From contig MU062841.1 in NCBI GenBank assembly GCA_013265495.1, positions 7,899,786 to 7,963,785 of the forward strand: a stretch of 64,000 bases of DNA, in the 5' to 3' direction. Under the pieces are notes generated by a model, which worked only from the letters and a program-made list of their open reading frames with translations, made no database searches and was not told the DNA's origin. The translations under genes were made by a program, and so were the position numbers. This document shows, in pieces, positions 23,046-33,559 of this stretch (position 1 is the stretch's first letter; every line of letters starts with the position of its first letter). Source of the DNA: Vicugna vicugna (taxonomy: Eukaryota).

Positions 23046-25337
23046 GTGCTTTCACCTCAACCAGGTCTAAAGTGGCAGCGTGCAGGACAGTGTGGAACAG
23101 ACGTAGCACCGTGTGGACGCTGGCTCTCTTTCAAGGCCTGGCCGCACCATCCCTGCCTGTCACTTGGGTGGTTTTCTCTTCATTGGGCACCAGGAAGACT
23201 TCATCTCCCCTGGTCGCTCTCAACTGTGCAATGCACCCAGGGAGTCTTTACTGGGAATGAAAATTATCTTTAAGTGTCATTATAGTTAAAGGATTCCAAA
23301 TTTTATTTTGCTTTTTTCCCTCAGGTTTCACAGAGGCAGGAGGGGAAAAAGGCTAATCAAGGTCCAGGCAACCAGTCTTGGAGATGTCAAATCAGGAGAT
23401 ATCACTTGGAAATGGAAATGCAGTCTTGGCTCTAAATCCTCCAGCAGCACAACGTGGCCGGGATGTTTGTGAGTGAAAGGTTTACACTCTGCCGGCGCTA
23501 GACGTCAGATAAGGACAACCAAAGGGCACCGGTGCTGAGCCTGGAGCTGGACGTCCTAACAACCCAGGGTGGGGTAAACTGGCTCCAGGGAAACGGGGCG
23601 AACTCAGCGGTCACCCTTGTTATACCCGGTCTCCCCCCACAGCGCCAGGGGCTGTCAGGCAGGGCCAGTCTCTCCAATGACTGCCTAGGTTGTCCCGGGC
23701 CATGTTTTTTCTTTTTAAGTAAATGAAGAAACATTAAGCTCTAGCAGAAGGAACTGAAAGGCTTTTGTAAAGTTGTGCTTTCCCTGCTGAGCCCAACTTA
23801 GCTCCCCCTTTAGAGGAATCCCCACTGCTCTTAGCTCCTGGGCTGCAGGACTTAGAGCTGGCTGGGCCGCGCAGTGCGGGGATCTCAGCTCCTCCCCCAT
23901 CATCTACAAGGGCTCACCAAGCTCTTGCCCGGTTGGTGGGCGGGAGTCACGGGTCTTGACCGCACAGGGACACCGTGGCCCACCGTGGTAACGGCCCTGC
24001 TGCCGCCAGCGTTTTCTACAGTCTCTGCTAAGGAACGTGCAAGTGGCTCTGACAAGTCTGTCCTCCCATGAATGTGTCCCCTGAGCAGGCTCCAGTCAGT
24101 CAAGATGGTTCCTTCTGGATCAGTAAGCCACCTAACAGACAAGGCGGTGGGCCTCCAAGGACCCAAGCTGAGGCTTCAGAACTGCAGCACCCACTGCTCC
24201 TGGGCGGCACCTCGCCCAGTCTGCTGACAGTGGGACTGCTGGGCTGTGGGGCCGACTGGCGGCCAGCCCAGCTGTCTGGTCTCCTGGCCAGCAGGGAGCT
24301 GCTACCGCTGTCCTGCTCTGGGGACGGGGCAGGAGTGCCCGGTCTCAAATCACCAGGAGGGCTGACCGCACTTTCCACTGCCACCTGCCACTGGCCCCGT
24401 GCACTCCACCGAAGCTGCCCCACTCAGCCTGCGGGTCTCCCCTCTGTGCCCCGGAGCCCCGGCTCACCAGCCCTCCTTCTTTCCCTGTCCCAAATAAGAC
24501 CTCCCTGACCAGGGAGACGGTCTCAGCCACACGAAGGAGAGCAGCAGGACTTGTAAAGTCGCCTTGGGGTCTAGGTCTCATTAGTGTGTACCCCACCCCC
24601 CTCCCCAGGCTATTTTATTGTTTATCTAAATTCAGCAGGGAGAGATTCTAACACGTGGGAAAATCCTTCAGAGGGGGCGCTCTCTCGGTGGTTCTCAAAG
24701 CAGGTAATGGGGCATCAAAGTCTCTCCCTCCTCCAAAGGCATTTAGAAATGCCTATGGCCAGGGATTCAGACCATCTTGTATGTGGCAAACCAAATGCTC
24801 ACTGTCCCCCTGAGAATCTTGGTAAGAGAGGGGAGGTTTACGGCTCTGGTTCCTTCCTTAGCAGGAACCGAGAGAGGCAGGAGGCAGACCAGGGCAGAAC
24901 TCCTCTAAGGCAAGGCTCAGCCTCTCTGAGCCAACTCATCCCCTGGTGGGCCTGCGTGATTTCTTTTTCAATTGTCTAAACCCAATAAAGGATACCGCCC
25001 TAGATTCCAAGCCCTGGGCAGCCCCTACACGCAGTCAGTGGTCCTGGAATCCCCAGGCCTGGAGAGGAAGGGTGGTCCCAGCGGCAGAGGGCCCAGGGAC
25101 AGAGCACCATGGATGGGCTCCTGGGGGGACAGGCAGAGCACCCCAGACCAGCTTCTGCTGCTTCCACTGCCACCCTCCCAACCCCAGAACCACCCGAGCC
25201 AGTCCCCGAGTCCGACCACAAAGTTGCATTCACATCTGATCACAACCCAGCGCGCCATGGGGTGGATTGTTCAACAGGGAGGGGCTTGATGGGCTCTGCT
25301 GGGGGATTTGATTAAAACACTAAATTCTGTTTACACG

Positions 25338-25359
25338 TTTAATCGAACAAATATTTATT
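25338..25359 (-). terminator. Candidate proximal HOMER2 poly(A) signals (AATAAA 25359-25354, ATTAAA 25343-25338)
   Basis: + strand TTTATT and TTTAAT about 640 nt past the stop codon, at an L2 3' end. Confidence 0.55.
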
Positions 25360-25430
25360 AAGCACCTACTTGGTGCCAGGCACTGTGCTAGGCACCCTCA
25401 CCATGTGCTGTTCCCACAGCACAGTCATCT
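25345..25430 (-). mobile_element. L2 3' end, sense to HOMER2
   Basis: aacaaatatttattaagcacctacttggtgccaggcactgtgctaggcac is the reverse complement of the L2 terminus. Confidence 0.8.
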
Positions 25431-25721
25431 GCTCAGAAATTAAAACCAAGAAAAGGAACATTGTCGCAACCCTACAAACTGGGGGCGGGTGGCAGCGGGC
25501 CCAGTGGATGCAGGCAATTCCAGCGCCAGGAAACGCACCCACCAGAAACTTGTTTCCTTTCTCGGGACAAGTCTCAACTAAGTGGTTGTTCTAAAGCATC
25601 TCCTCATTTACTGAGAGGGAAGTTGCTATCACACGCCCCACGCACTGGTGCCTGGTAGACATCTGAATACTCTGAACGTTTCTCAAAAAAAGGAGGTGGA
25701 AAGGGTATTCATATTTGGATT

Positions 25722-25853
25722 NNNNNNNNNNNNNNNNNNNNNNNNNNNNNNNNNNNNNNNNNNNNNNNNNNNNNNNNNNNNNNNNNNNNNNNNNNNNNNN
25801 NNNNNNNNNNNNNNNNNNNNNNNNNNNNNNNNNNNNNNNNNNNNNNNNNNNNN
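25722..25853. other. Assembly gap (132 N) inside the HOMER2 3'UTR
   Basis: N run. Confidence 1.
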
Positions 25854-25992
25854 CACAGCCTCGCAAGGCCAGAGACACGAGGGGAGATGCTATTCTGGAG
25901 AGGAGAGAGTGGACGGCACACCTGGTGTGGAAACACGACACACTGCGCCTGCATTTACAGAAGCGATGTGGACGGGAGGACTCACGAGCGGC

Positions 25993-26181
25993 CTAGTTGT
26001 CAGAGCCCAGCTTCGAGAGGCCCCGGCGGAAGTCGTGCAGGTCATCTATCTTCCCGTCCAGCACCTCCAAGAAGCTCTTCAGCTCCACCTTTAGGTGGCG
26101 CTGTCGGTACTTGCTCTCCTCGATGTCCGTCTTCAGGGAACGCACCTTGTCTTCCAGGTTCTGATTGTCTCTCTCTGCCGC
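25993..26181 (-). CDS. HOMER2: HOMER2 exon 9 coding part, [17 protein letters not shown]...[17 protein letters not shown]
   Basis: (CT)-rich tract plus cttcag acceptor; TAG at 25995-25993; leucine-zipper C-terminus. Confidence 0.97.
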   Translation of the reverse strand, partial: AAERDNQNLEDKVRSLKTDIEESKYRQRHLKVELKSFLEVLDGKIDDLHDFRRGLSKLGSDN

Positions 26182-27310
26182 CTGAAGCAGAGAGAGATAG
26201 AGGGAGAGAGAGAGAGAAGGGTTTGGGGGGACAGAGCCATCGGAGGGGCTGCTGATTCCCACGGCTGCCAGACCGCCTGTCCCCCTGTGGGCCTGCCTCC
26301 CTGGAGGTGTTTGTCCCCCCCGGCATCAAGCATGGGCCCCTCCTGTCCTGCTGTCCTCCGGTAGAGGTGCCAAAAGGCGGACTGCCCAGCCAACATCTGG
26401 CCTGAAAAGCGATGTCCCCACACAGAATGCTTAACTGGGCAACCTGACCAAGGGAGCCTGATGTTAATTGACGCTTTCACAAAGTGCCCCAGGCTCAGGG
26501 TGGTCAGCAGAGGCCCCCTTTGAGTTCCATTCAGAGAGAGAGAGAAGCAGCACAAATGGGAGACTGACTTGTTTCCCCGGGTTCCACTGAGAAGGTGAGG
26601 CCTCCATGGCCCCAGGCCAGTCTCTGGCCGTCAGTGAGGGAGGACTAGCCATGCTAGACACGGGGGGACGGTGGGTCTGTGCACCATCTGTCCCGTGGTG
26701 TTGCCATGGAAACATTCAAGCTCCCAGTGGCAGGACCACTGTGAGTCCTTACATGAAGCTTAGGCCCTGCACTCTTCATAGCAAATAAGAGCTTCCCTCT
26801 TACGGATATAAAGTGAGACTTTCTGAACATGTGCACAGGAACGCGTTACTAACACTGAGGTTGTGTGCCTGAACAAAGTGCTCTTGAAGAGAGGGGACCC
26901 TTAGAGGTGAAAGACATGGAAACGCTCCTTCTGTGGATCAGAAATCTGAGGCCAGAGAGCAGGGCCTGCCCAAGGTCATGTCCAAGATCACTCGCTGGGG
27001 GAGGTGGTACAGCCCTGGGTCTCATGCTCTCAGCCCTCCCTTCCGTCCCCTGCTCCTCACTCCTCCACTTTGTGGGTGGGAAATAGTCACCAACACTATG
27101 GTTACGTATAGGACACCTTAAGTGGAAAAACCAAAAGACAAACACTGCCAAGTCTGCACCCAGGGGCAGAGTGGCCTCCGGCACAAAGTTAGCTCGGCTT
27201 TTCGGGAATACAAAGTCCCTCTCCTTTACCAAGCAAGGCGTGAAAGGGAGAGGCCTCCGAGAAACGGGTAACACCATGGATGCCAAGGTGGGTGTGCTCC
27301 CCGCCCTTAC

Positions 27311-27391
27311 CTCTAACTTCTCAGAAACGTATTCACACTCTGACATGAGCTGAGGTATGATTTCACTTTGTTTTCGGAGGTCTTTCAACTC
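27311..27391 (-). CDS. HOMER2: HOMER2 exon 8, [27 protein letters not shown]
   Basis: cctgaag acceptor, GAG|gtaagg donor; 81 nt, phase 0-0. Confidence 0.96.
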
Positions 27392-27599
27392 CTTCAGGAG
27401 ACAGAAATTTGAAAAAGAATGTGAAAGCAAGTCAGATACAACGTACTCTTAAAGATCTCCAAGTCCTGCATACAGTGATGGAAGCAGCTATTGGAATCTG
27501 TGTTGTCTGCATAAATAATAATGGTGATGACGCTAGTACTTAACACACATCAGGTAATTCTAAAGGCTGAGTGTGTTATGTGCACTAATGCCCAAAGTC

Positions 27600-27705
27600 C
27601 GTATACCACCATGAGAAGTAGGTATTCTTATGACTCCTGTTTTGTAGATGGGGAACGGAGGCTGAGAGAGGGCTGGTAACTTGCCCATGGTCTCTAGCCT
27701 CCGTG
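27600..27705 (-). mobile_element. MIR
   Basis: ctgttttgtagatggggaacggaggctgagagag...taacttgcccatggtc. Confidence 0.7.
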
Positions 27706-28099
27706 TACTTAGCTGTCCTGTTCCCCAGAAAGTAAATGACCGTATAACTGGAGGGGGCAGGGGCGTCTTGCTGCATTAACTTGACAGCAGAATGCACCTT
27801 CTGATGAGAGATCATCTATGAAAGTTTCCGGGTGTTTTGTTAATGTTCAACTCCCTCTAGGATGTGAGTGATTGACTATACAGTAAGTACAACGGGGAGA
27901 CTGCAGAGGGCAATGGCCTGTCCTTTGCTCTGGACTATCTGTACCTGGGAGTGACTCTTGGCTCTGTCTTTGTGCTTATGTCCAGGCAGCTTCCAGGGCC
28001 GGTCACATGCCCCACAGCCTCCTGCTGTGTCCTAGGGTGGAGATCACCCTCCGAGGCCCAGGACACGTGAGCAGCACCGCTCAGAGCCCTGTGACTCAC

Positions 28100-28210
28100 C
28101 GTCTCCTTTTCCCGGAGTTCTGACTCCAGCTCCTCAATTCTTCTCTTCAGCTGAGTGTTCTTCTCCTTCTCTCTGTTTATCTCACTGCACTGCTCTTCCA
28201 GCTCGTCAAT
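28100..28210 (-). CDS. HOMER2: HOMER2 exon 7, [37 protein letters not shown]
   Basis: ttaaaag acceptor, ACG|gtgagt donor; 111 nt, phase 0-0; read manually, not in the ORF track. Confidence 0.95.
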
Positions 28211-30252
28211 CTTTTAACAAATATCACATGTTAACGCACGGATGCCAGTCTAGTCACCAAACAAAAGATCACCACAGCTCTGTTGATGCCTTCTTTCAAA
28301 ATAAACCATAAACCAACCCACTTGTAAATTTTTCCTTGTGGCCACGGACAAACTCCATGGGGCTCTCCCCGGGCTGTCTTCCCCAGCTGGCACGGGGTGC
28401 CCTACTTGATACCAACAGGGTCAGATACATCACAAAACCAGGTTTCAGGATGCTCTGGGCTTCTGGTTTTCTTGCACGGCCACAGGACAGTAGCTTTAGG
28501 TTTCCTTTAAGGATCCGTCACAAGTCAGGGCCAGATGTCCCATGAATCTATCTGCTTCTTCCCAGGGTGATTTTTCACAGCATTTTAATCATGCCCCGAA
28601 TGACTCTGTTGCATCTCGAGGGTTTAAGCCAGCAGGGTAGGGAACTGAGCAACCCTGTGGAACAGTGGCCACCAAATGAGGTGTGATGACATTTCAAATG
28701 TTTTAAATCAAGATGACCTTTCTCCACTGATGCATGCAGAGGAGGCCTGGCCTGGGGTACTCTTCCTGGAGAGATGACAAGTGCAGGCTGACTTGGCAAA
28801 TCCCCAGAGTGCATCTTTCTCTCCTTCCCAAGCCTGACCCCCCCCCCAAGAAAGGGCGCAAAGGCCTGAAAACCTTGGCAATGCTGTCTGACTTGTGGGT
28901 GCAGAGCGGATGGTAGGAGCGGAACAAGAAACACGAGAGCACCAGTGTGCAGGTCCCCACAAGCGGGCAGCAGCAGTCCTCAGGGTGAGGGGTGCTGGGT
29001 GGTCGCCACGAGGACAATTCTCAGAGGTGACCTGCACCAACCCTCAGCCACAGGAGCTGCTGGAGATCCCACCACCTCCTACCTCCCGCCCTGGAAATCA
29101 AGTTCCCAGTGCTTCCTGTCCAAAGAGCCTGCCACTTCTCTCAGGGAGCAAGTCCTAGGAGATGCACTTCCTTGGCTCCCCTCAACTGCTCTTTGGTTCT
29201 TATATTCAAGACACAAAGCGAGAAACTCAGCTCTCTGGTTGGAGAAAGAAAGGGCGATCGATCCCCCTGGCAGGCAGGTCAGCCAGGTACTGGATGGAAA
29301 ATGTGGAGTCAGCACTTTCTGAAAAAATGACACGAGACAGTTTTATGTGCCACCCACGTGGAAGTAAGACATGAAGCAGGGGAGTGGTTTCCAGTGGCTC
29401 CACCCAGGACAGGTGGGCAGGTTATAGCCGGGAGGCAAGGTGAGCGAGCACCAATCTCAACGTGACACATTCCCTAAAATCCTGCACTTACAAAGTAGAC
29501 TGTGCTCACCGACTGTGGGATAAATGTGCTGACCATCGAAACAGCACAGCAACTCCAGGACCTCAACTGGGGATACTCTGGCCACCCCAAAGCTACCTCA
29601 TCAACTCAGCCCAAATCCAGAGGGTGAGTGACTAATGACAGGGAAGGGTGCAGGCGAATGCTGAAAAAACTGGAATGCTTGGGCATCAAGGTCCCAGGGT
29701 AGAGGGCAAGACAGTGGTCAGCATCCACCCACCTCCCATGTGAAGGTCCGTATTCCCTTCCTCACTTTCAAACTCACAGTTTTTGTTTTTTTTTAAGAAA
29801 GAACAATTTGCACGGAAGCAGGGTTTCTGAGCTCCCATTTCCTGAATCTGTTTTCCCCACTCCCCCTCTGGGTCCTTTTTCTCCACCAAAGATCACTGAA
29901 CCACAGAAAATGCCAAGGGAGGCCGCCCACAAAAGGCCAGCCCACAGCGAGTATCAGAGGGTGCTCCTGGCGAGAGACAAATCTGGAACCTCCCATTGAT
30001 TTGTCTTCTTCTCCGCAATAGGAATTATAAAACTTGGTTCAATAAAAGTCATAAATCAGCTCTTTACATGGCTTTATTCCCACCAAGGAAGGCGGGGAGA
30101 TGGAGAGAGCGCCCAGGGAGAGGCAGCGAGTCTCCCTCCTGCCCGTAGGATGAGGGCCACGTGGGAGGCGGGGGTGGGAATGGAGAGGAAGTGGCGGCCA
30201 GGGTCTTCCCTCCTGTGGCTGCTGTCCCCTTGACACCCCTGCCTGTGCTCAC

Positions 30253-30409
30253 CTTGTTTCGGAGCCGGTCGTTCTCATCCCGGCAGATGGAGAATTGCCT
30301 CTTCCACTGCTCCACGCTGGCCGCTGACTCCTGCAGAGCCGCGGTCAGCCGGGCGTTGCTCTCCCGCAGGGTCTGCAGCTCGATCTCCCATTTCTTCACG
30401 TTGGCAGCA
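30253..30409 (-). CDS. HOMER2: HOMER2 exon 6, (S)[52 protein letters not shown]
   Basis: ccgcag acceptor, AAG|gtgagc donor; 157 nt; Arg185 (2a numbering, the human DFNA68 position as I recall it) is conserved. Confidence 0.97.
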
Positions 30410-32024
30410 CTGCGGGGCAGGGGACAGTGGCGGCCGGGATGGTGGACACTGTCCACCCCGCTGCCCAGGGGAGGGGGACCCAGCCACCCCCTCAGTACGT
30501 CCCTGGTGGCCGCACCCTCTCCCACCGGCGAGCTGGCAGTGAGGACCATGTGCCAAGAGGGCCTGGCGCCTCTCCTGAGTGGGAACATGTTGCCTTGCTG
30601 GGCTATTTTCTCAAGGCATCGCTTTAGAAGGGAACAGAATTCTTAGAGAAGGAAGAGATGGAAGGAACTAAGAAGGAAGCCACAGACTGTGGTGGAGACC
30701 TCCCTTCCTGCTTCCTACTGACCCCTGGCTGTGGGCCGTTCTCCCATGTCCCATGTCGGGTTCCTTGCTGAAAGGAGCCTTGGGGATGGACGTTCCAAGG
30801 TGCTGGGGTGGACCACGGGCCCAATGAGATTCTCACAGAAGCCACAGATCTTTCAAAGCCCCCAGCACCTCCCCCTGGAGCCCAATGACCCAGGTTTAAA
30901 CAAGCAGACGGCCTGGCTCCAGGTGATAACCGCCCCACTGTGACTTGCGCCTCCCCAGCCTTTCAGGGAAGCCAGATTTGAGAGCCAGGGATGCAAGGAC
31001 ACGGGAGATGGTGGCTGGGAATCCTGAACTGGGTTTCTGACCACAGTGTGATGAGGGAGCCCCGGCTGGCCCCACGTCACCTCAGGGGTGCGCCACCACC
31101 GCAGGTCTGAGGGACGCCTCCACGTCACCACAAAACCCCGTGATAATCTTTGATCCTCTGTGATCAAAGCTAAGTTTCAAAAAACAAACTAGAATCATCA
31201 GGTTCCCCTCAGTTGCTGTTCCGTTTCAACATTCCTTCTGTTTCCTTGCTTTGGCCCACATATCTGTGGTGCTGAGACCTGAGGTGACAGGGCAGAGCTG
31301 CAGGTGACAAGCCCATCACAAACTTTCTGGCTCCTAATCAATGCTGCCTGGCTCAGGAGAGCTCGCTAAGGACTTCTTCTTCTTCTTTTTAAAAATCTTT
31401 AAAGTAAATACAACTGCATATGAATAATCTGTTATCTTTCATACACCTCAAGGTCCTAGGAATGTGACTGGAAAATACTTTTGGTTTCAAACACCACAGA
31501 CTGAAAACATGGTAAAATATTATTATCTGGTTAATCTCATGAAATTAATTTTCATTAATTTGATGACTGGGAAGTTGAGCTGGTTTAGGGAAATGGCTTC
31601 ACACCCACTCCTGTTAATTCACTTGTCTATTAAACTAGGATTTTAAAACATTTATTTTTAGGGGTGAAAGGTTTTCATCCAGGCAACCCACTGGGACTTA
31701 AACAACCTAAAATAGTCCTCACAATCGCCTGATGAGTAAGAAAAGAGACTGGTCACAGTTTTGTCCTTTGAAGCACCTGACAAAACCCACAGACCAAAGA
31801 AGGTGGATGGATCTAAGGGTCCCGTGTTCTTTCTGGAATTCCTAGTTCAGATCACAGGAGTTAAGCTCCAAGCACTGATCAGACTTGCTGGGTTGCCGAG
31901 GTGGGTGCCAACCGTTCAGTGTCTCCAGCTGTGCAGTGTGACTGGCTGCCTCTGGGAAGGTTCCTAAAGAGACTGCAACTGCAGCCTTGAGTAAAGGCAG
32001 GCAGTGTGGGGTGGTGGAAAATTT

Positions 32025-32105
32025 ACCTGCTGTGTGACCTTGGGCAGGGCCTCACTTTACCACCTGGGACTCGGTTTCCTTATCTGTAAAATGGGGGAAT
32101 TAATA
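32025..32105 (+). mobile_element. MIR
   Basis: ctgtgtgaccttgggcagg...ggtttccttatctgtaaaatgggg. Confidence 0.75.
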
Positions 32106-32319
32106 TGACAGAGCTCTTAAATGGGGCCACTCTGAGGAAAGCAGCTTCTCAGCCACAGAGAGACTAGGGGAAGCCGGCCATGTCCCCTGCCAGGTGAGCA
32201 GAATTTCCCCAAAGGACAGCAGCTCTGAGGGCGCCATGAGGTCCAGTCCAATCTTTGAGAGATGGGCCACATTCTCAAGATCCAAAAACCAAGCACAGCC
32301 TGGATAGTCATTAAAAATT

Positions 32320-32700
32320 AAAATCTTGTTGATGTCATTATGGCGACTGTGTTACATTTATAGACCAATTCAAGGGAAGTTGATACTTTTTAAAATATCG
32401 AGGCTCCCTATCACATCCCAATAAACTTTTTTGTTAAATTATTCATTTATGGCCCTCAAAAATCATTTGAGCTTTCTTTATACACTTCTTGTTTATTCCT
32501 ATGTATTTTATGGTTCTAGTTCATACCGTAAAGGAAATCTCTCCTTTAAATATGTATTCTATGTGATATGTTTGTACATAGAAAAGCTATTGATTTTTGT
32601 GAGATTTTTATATTATTTTTTAATAGTTTCTTAGGTGTTTATATGTTTTTCTTGGATATTCAAGACTCAATCTTGTATACGAATAAATGATAAATTTGGC
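32320..32700 (-). mobile_element. Old L1 ORF2 fragment in HOMER2 intron 5, sense to HOMER2
   Basis: tatagaccaattcaagggaagttgatac...gaaaagctattgatttttgtgagattttta...ttaggtgttt, typical antisense L1 text on +. Confidence 0.65.
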
Positions 32701-32743
32701 TTCTCAGAAAACAAAACACAAGCACAAGGACATACCTCTCTTT

Positions 32744-32776
32744 CACACACACACACACACACACACATACACACAC
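32744..32776 (+). repeat. (CA)n microsatellite (12 perfect units, then interrupted); UG repeat in HOMER2 pre-mRNA
   Basis: Direct reading. Confidence 0.95.
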
Positions 32777-32969
32777 TTACAAACACTGATGCTGATGTGG
32801 ACAGAGCTCAGACATGAAGGCAGCGTGTCTTCCTTTGGCCAGGAGACAAGACTGGGTGCTCCAAGCAGGACCCAGTCTCCTCTCTCAGTTTCCTGAAACC
32901 TTGCCCAGCAGGCAAGGCTGCAGGGAAGCACTGAACCTGACGGCAGCATTGGGATTCTAACACCCTCAC

Positions 32970-33109
32970 CTCTGTGTCAGAGCGATCTTCAGCTTGTCAT
33001 TCTCGGACTTGAGGTGTGTGTCGGCAGGACCCGCACAGGAAGCCTTTTCATCATCCGTCCCATTGACACTGGACGCCTGAGTAGAAGATGGGGTTTCACA
33101 CCCAGATTC
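32970..33109 (-). CDS. HOMER2: HOMER2 exon 5, long form ([11 protein letters not shown]+[11 protein letters not shown]...KLKIALTQ); short form starts at 33076
   Basis: Two in-frame AG acceptors 33 nt apart (exon tops 33109 and 33076) share the donor AG|gtgagg; matches the 11-aa Homer2a/2b difference. Confidence 0.95.
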
Positions 33110-33559
33110 CTGGCCAAAGTGATTACCTTCACACGTTGTTGCTTGTCGCCACAGCAAATCAGGCATAATGAAGAACTGTGTGTTTACGAGTGTGGGAGGA
33201 CCAGCGCATCCAACCAGAACACAGCAAAGACTAGCAAGTCCAGAGACCAATAACCATATCTCTGAAGAGTCCACGAGGAGTTCAGAAAGTCTGAGCATTT
33301 TACTCACAAGGCAGCACCTGGGCTGTTAATCAGAGCTTTTTCACTCAAACTTTACAGATAAACCAAATATACGAGGATCCTTGGTCCCCTTAAACAACAC
33401 AGGACAGAAGCCACAGGTTAAAAGGGGAGGAGGGCTGTATAGTAAGAAACAGTGAATGAGGACAGAGAAAATGTATAAGAAGCTGAGACAACTTAAAATT
33501 CCTGGGGCCACAGAGAGATCAACACAATCATCAAAAAGATAAAAGGAATCAGATACGGA

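Noticed and set aside
24669-24682. AGGGGGCGC CTCF-like half site between the convergent genes
   Set aside because: 5' half of the motif (CCASY) does not match
25591-26094. ORFs spanning N runs (also 40155-40539)
   Set aside because: Artefacts of translating gaps as X
26849-27310. 153-codon in-frame continuation after HOMER2 exon 8
   Set aside because: Runs through a MIR fragment, no canonical poly(A) signal nearby, and exon 8 has a strong GTAAGG donor; likely chance
27389-27394. NAGNAG (AAG|GAG) at the exon 8 acceptor
   Set aside because: GAG distal acceptors are rarely used, and the effect would be a one-residue change
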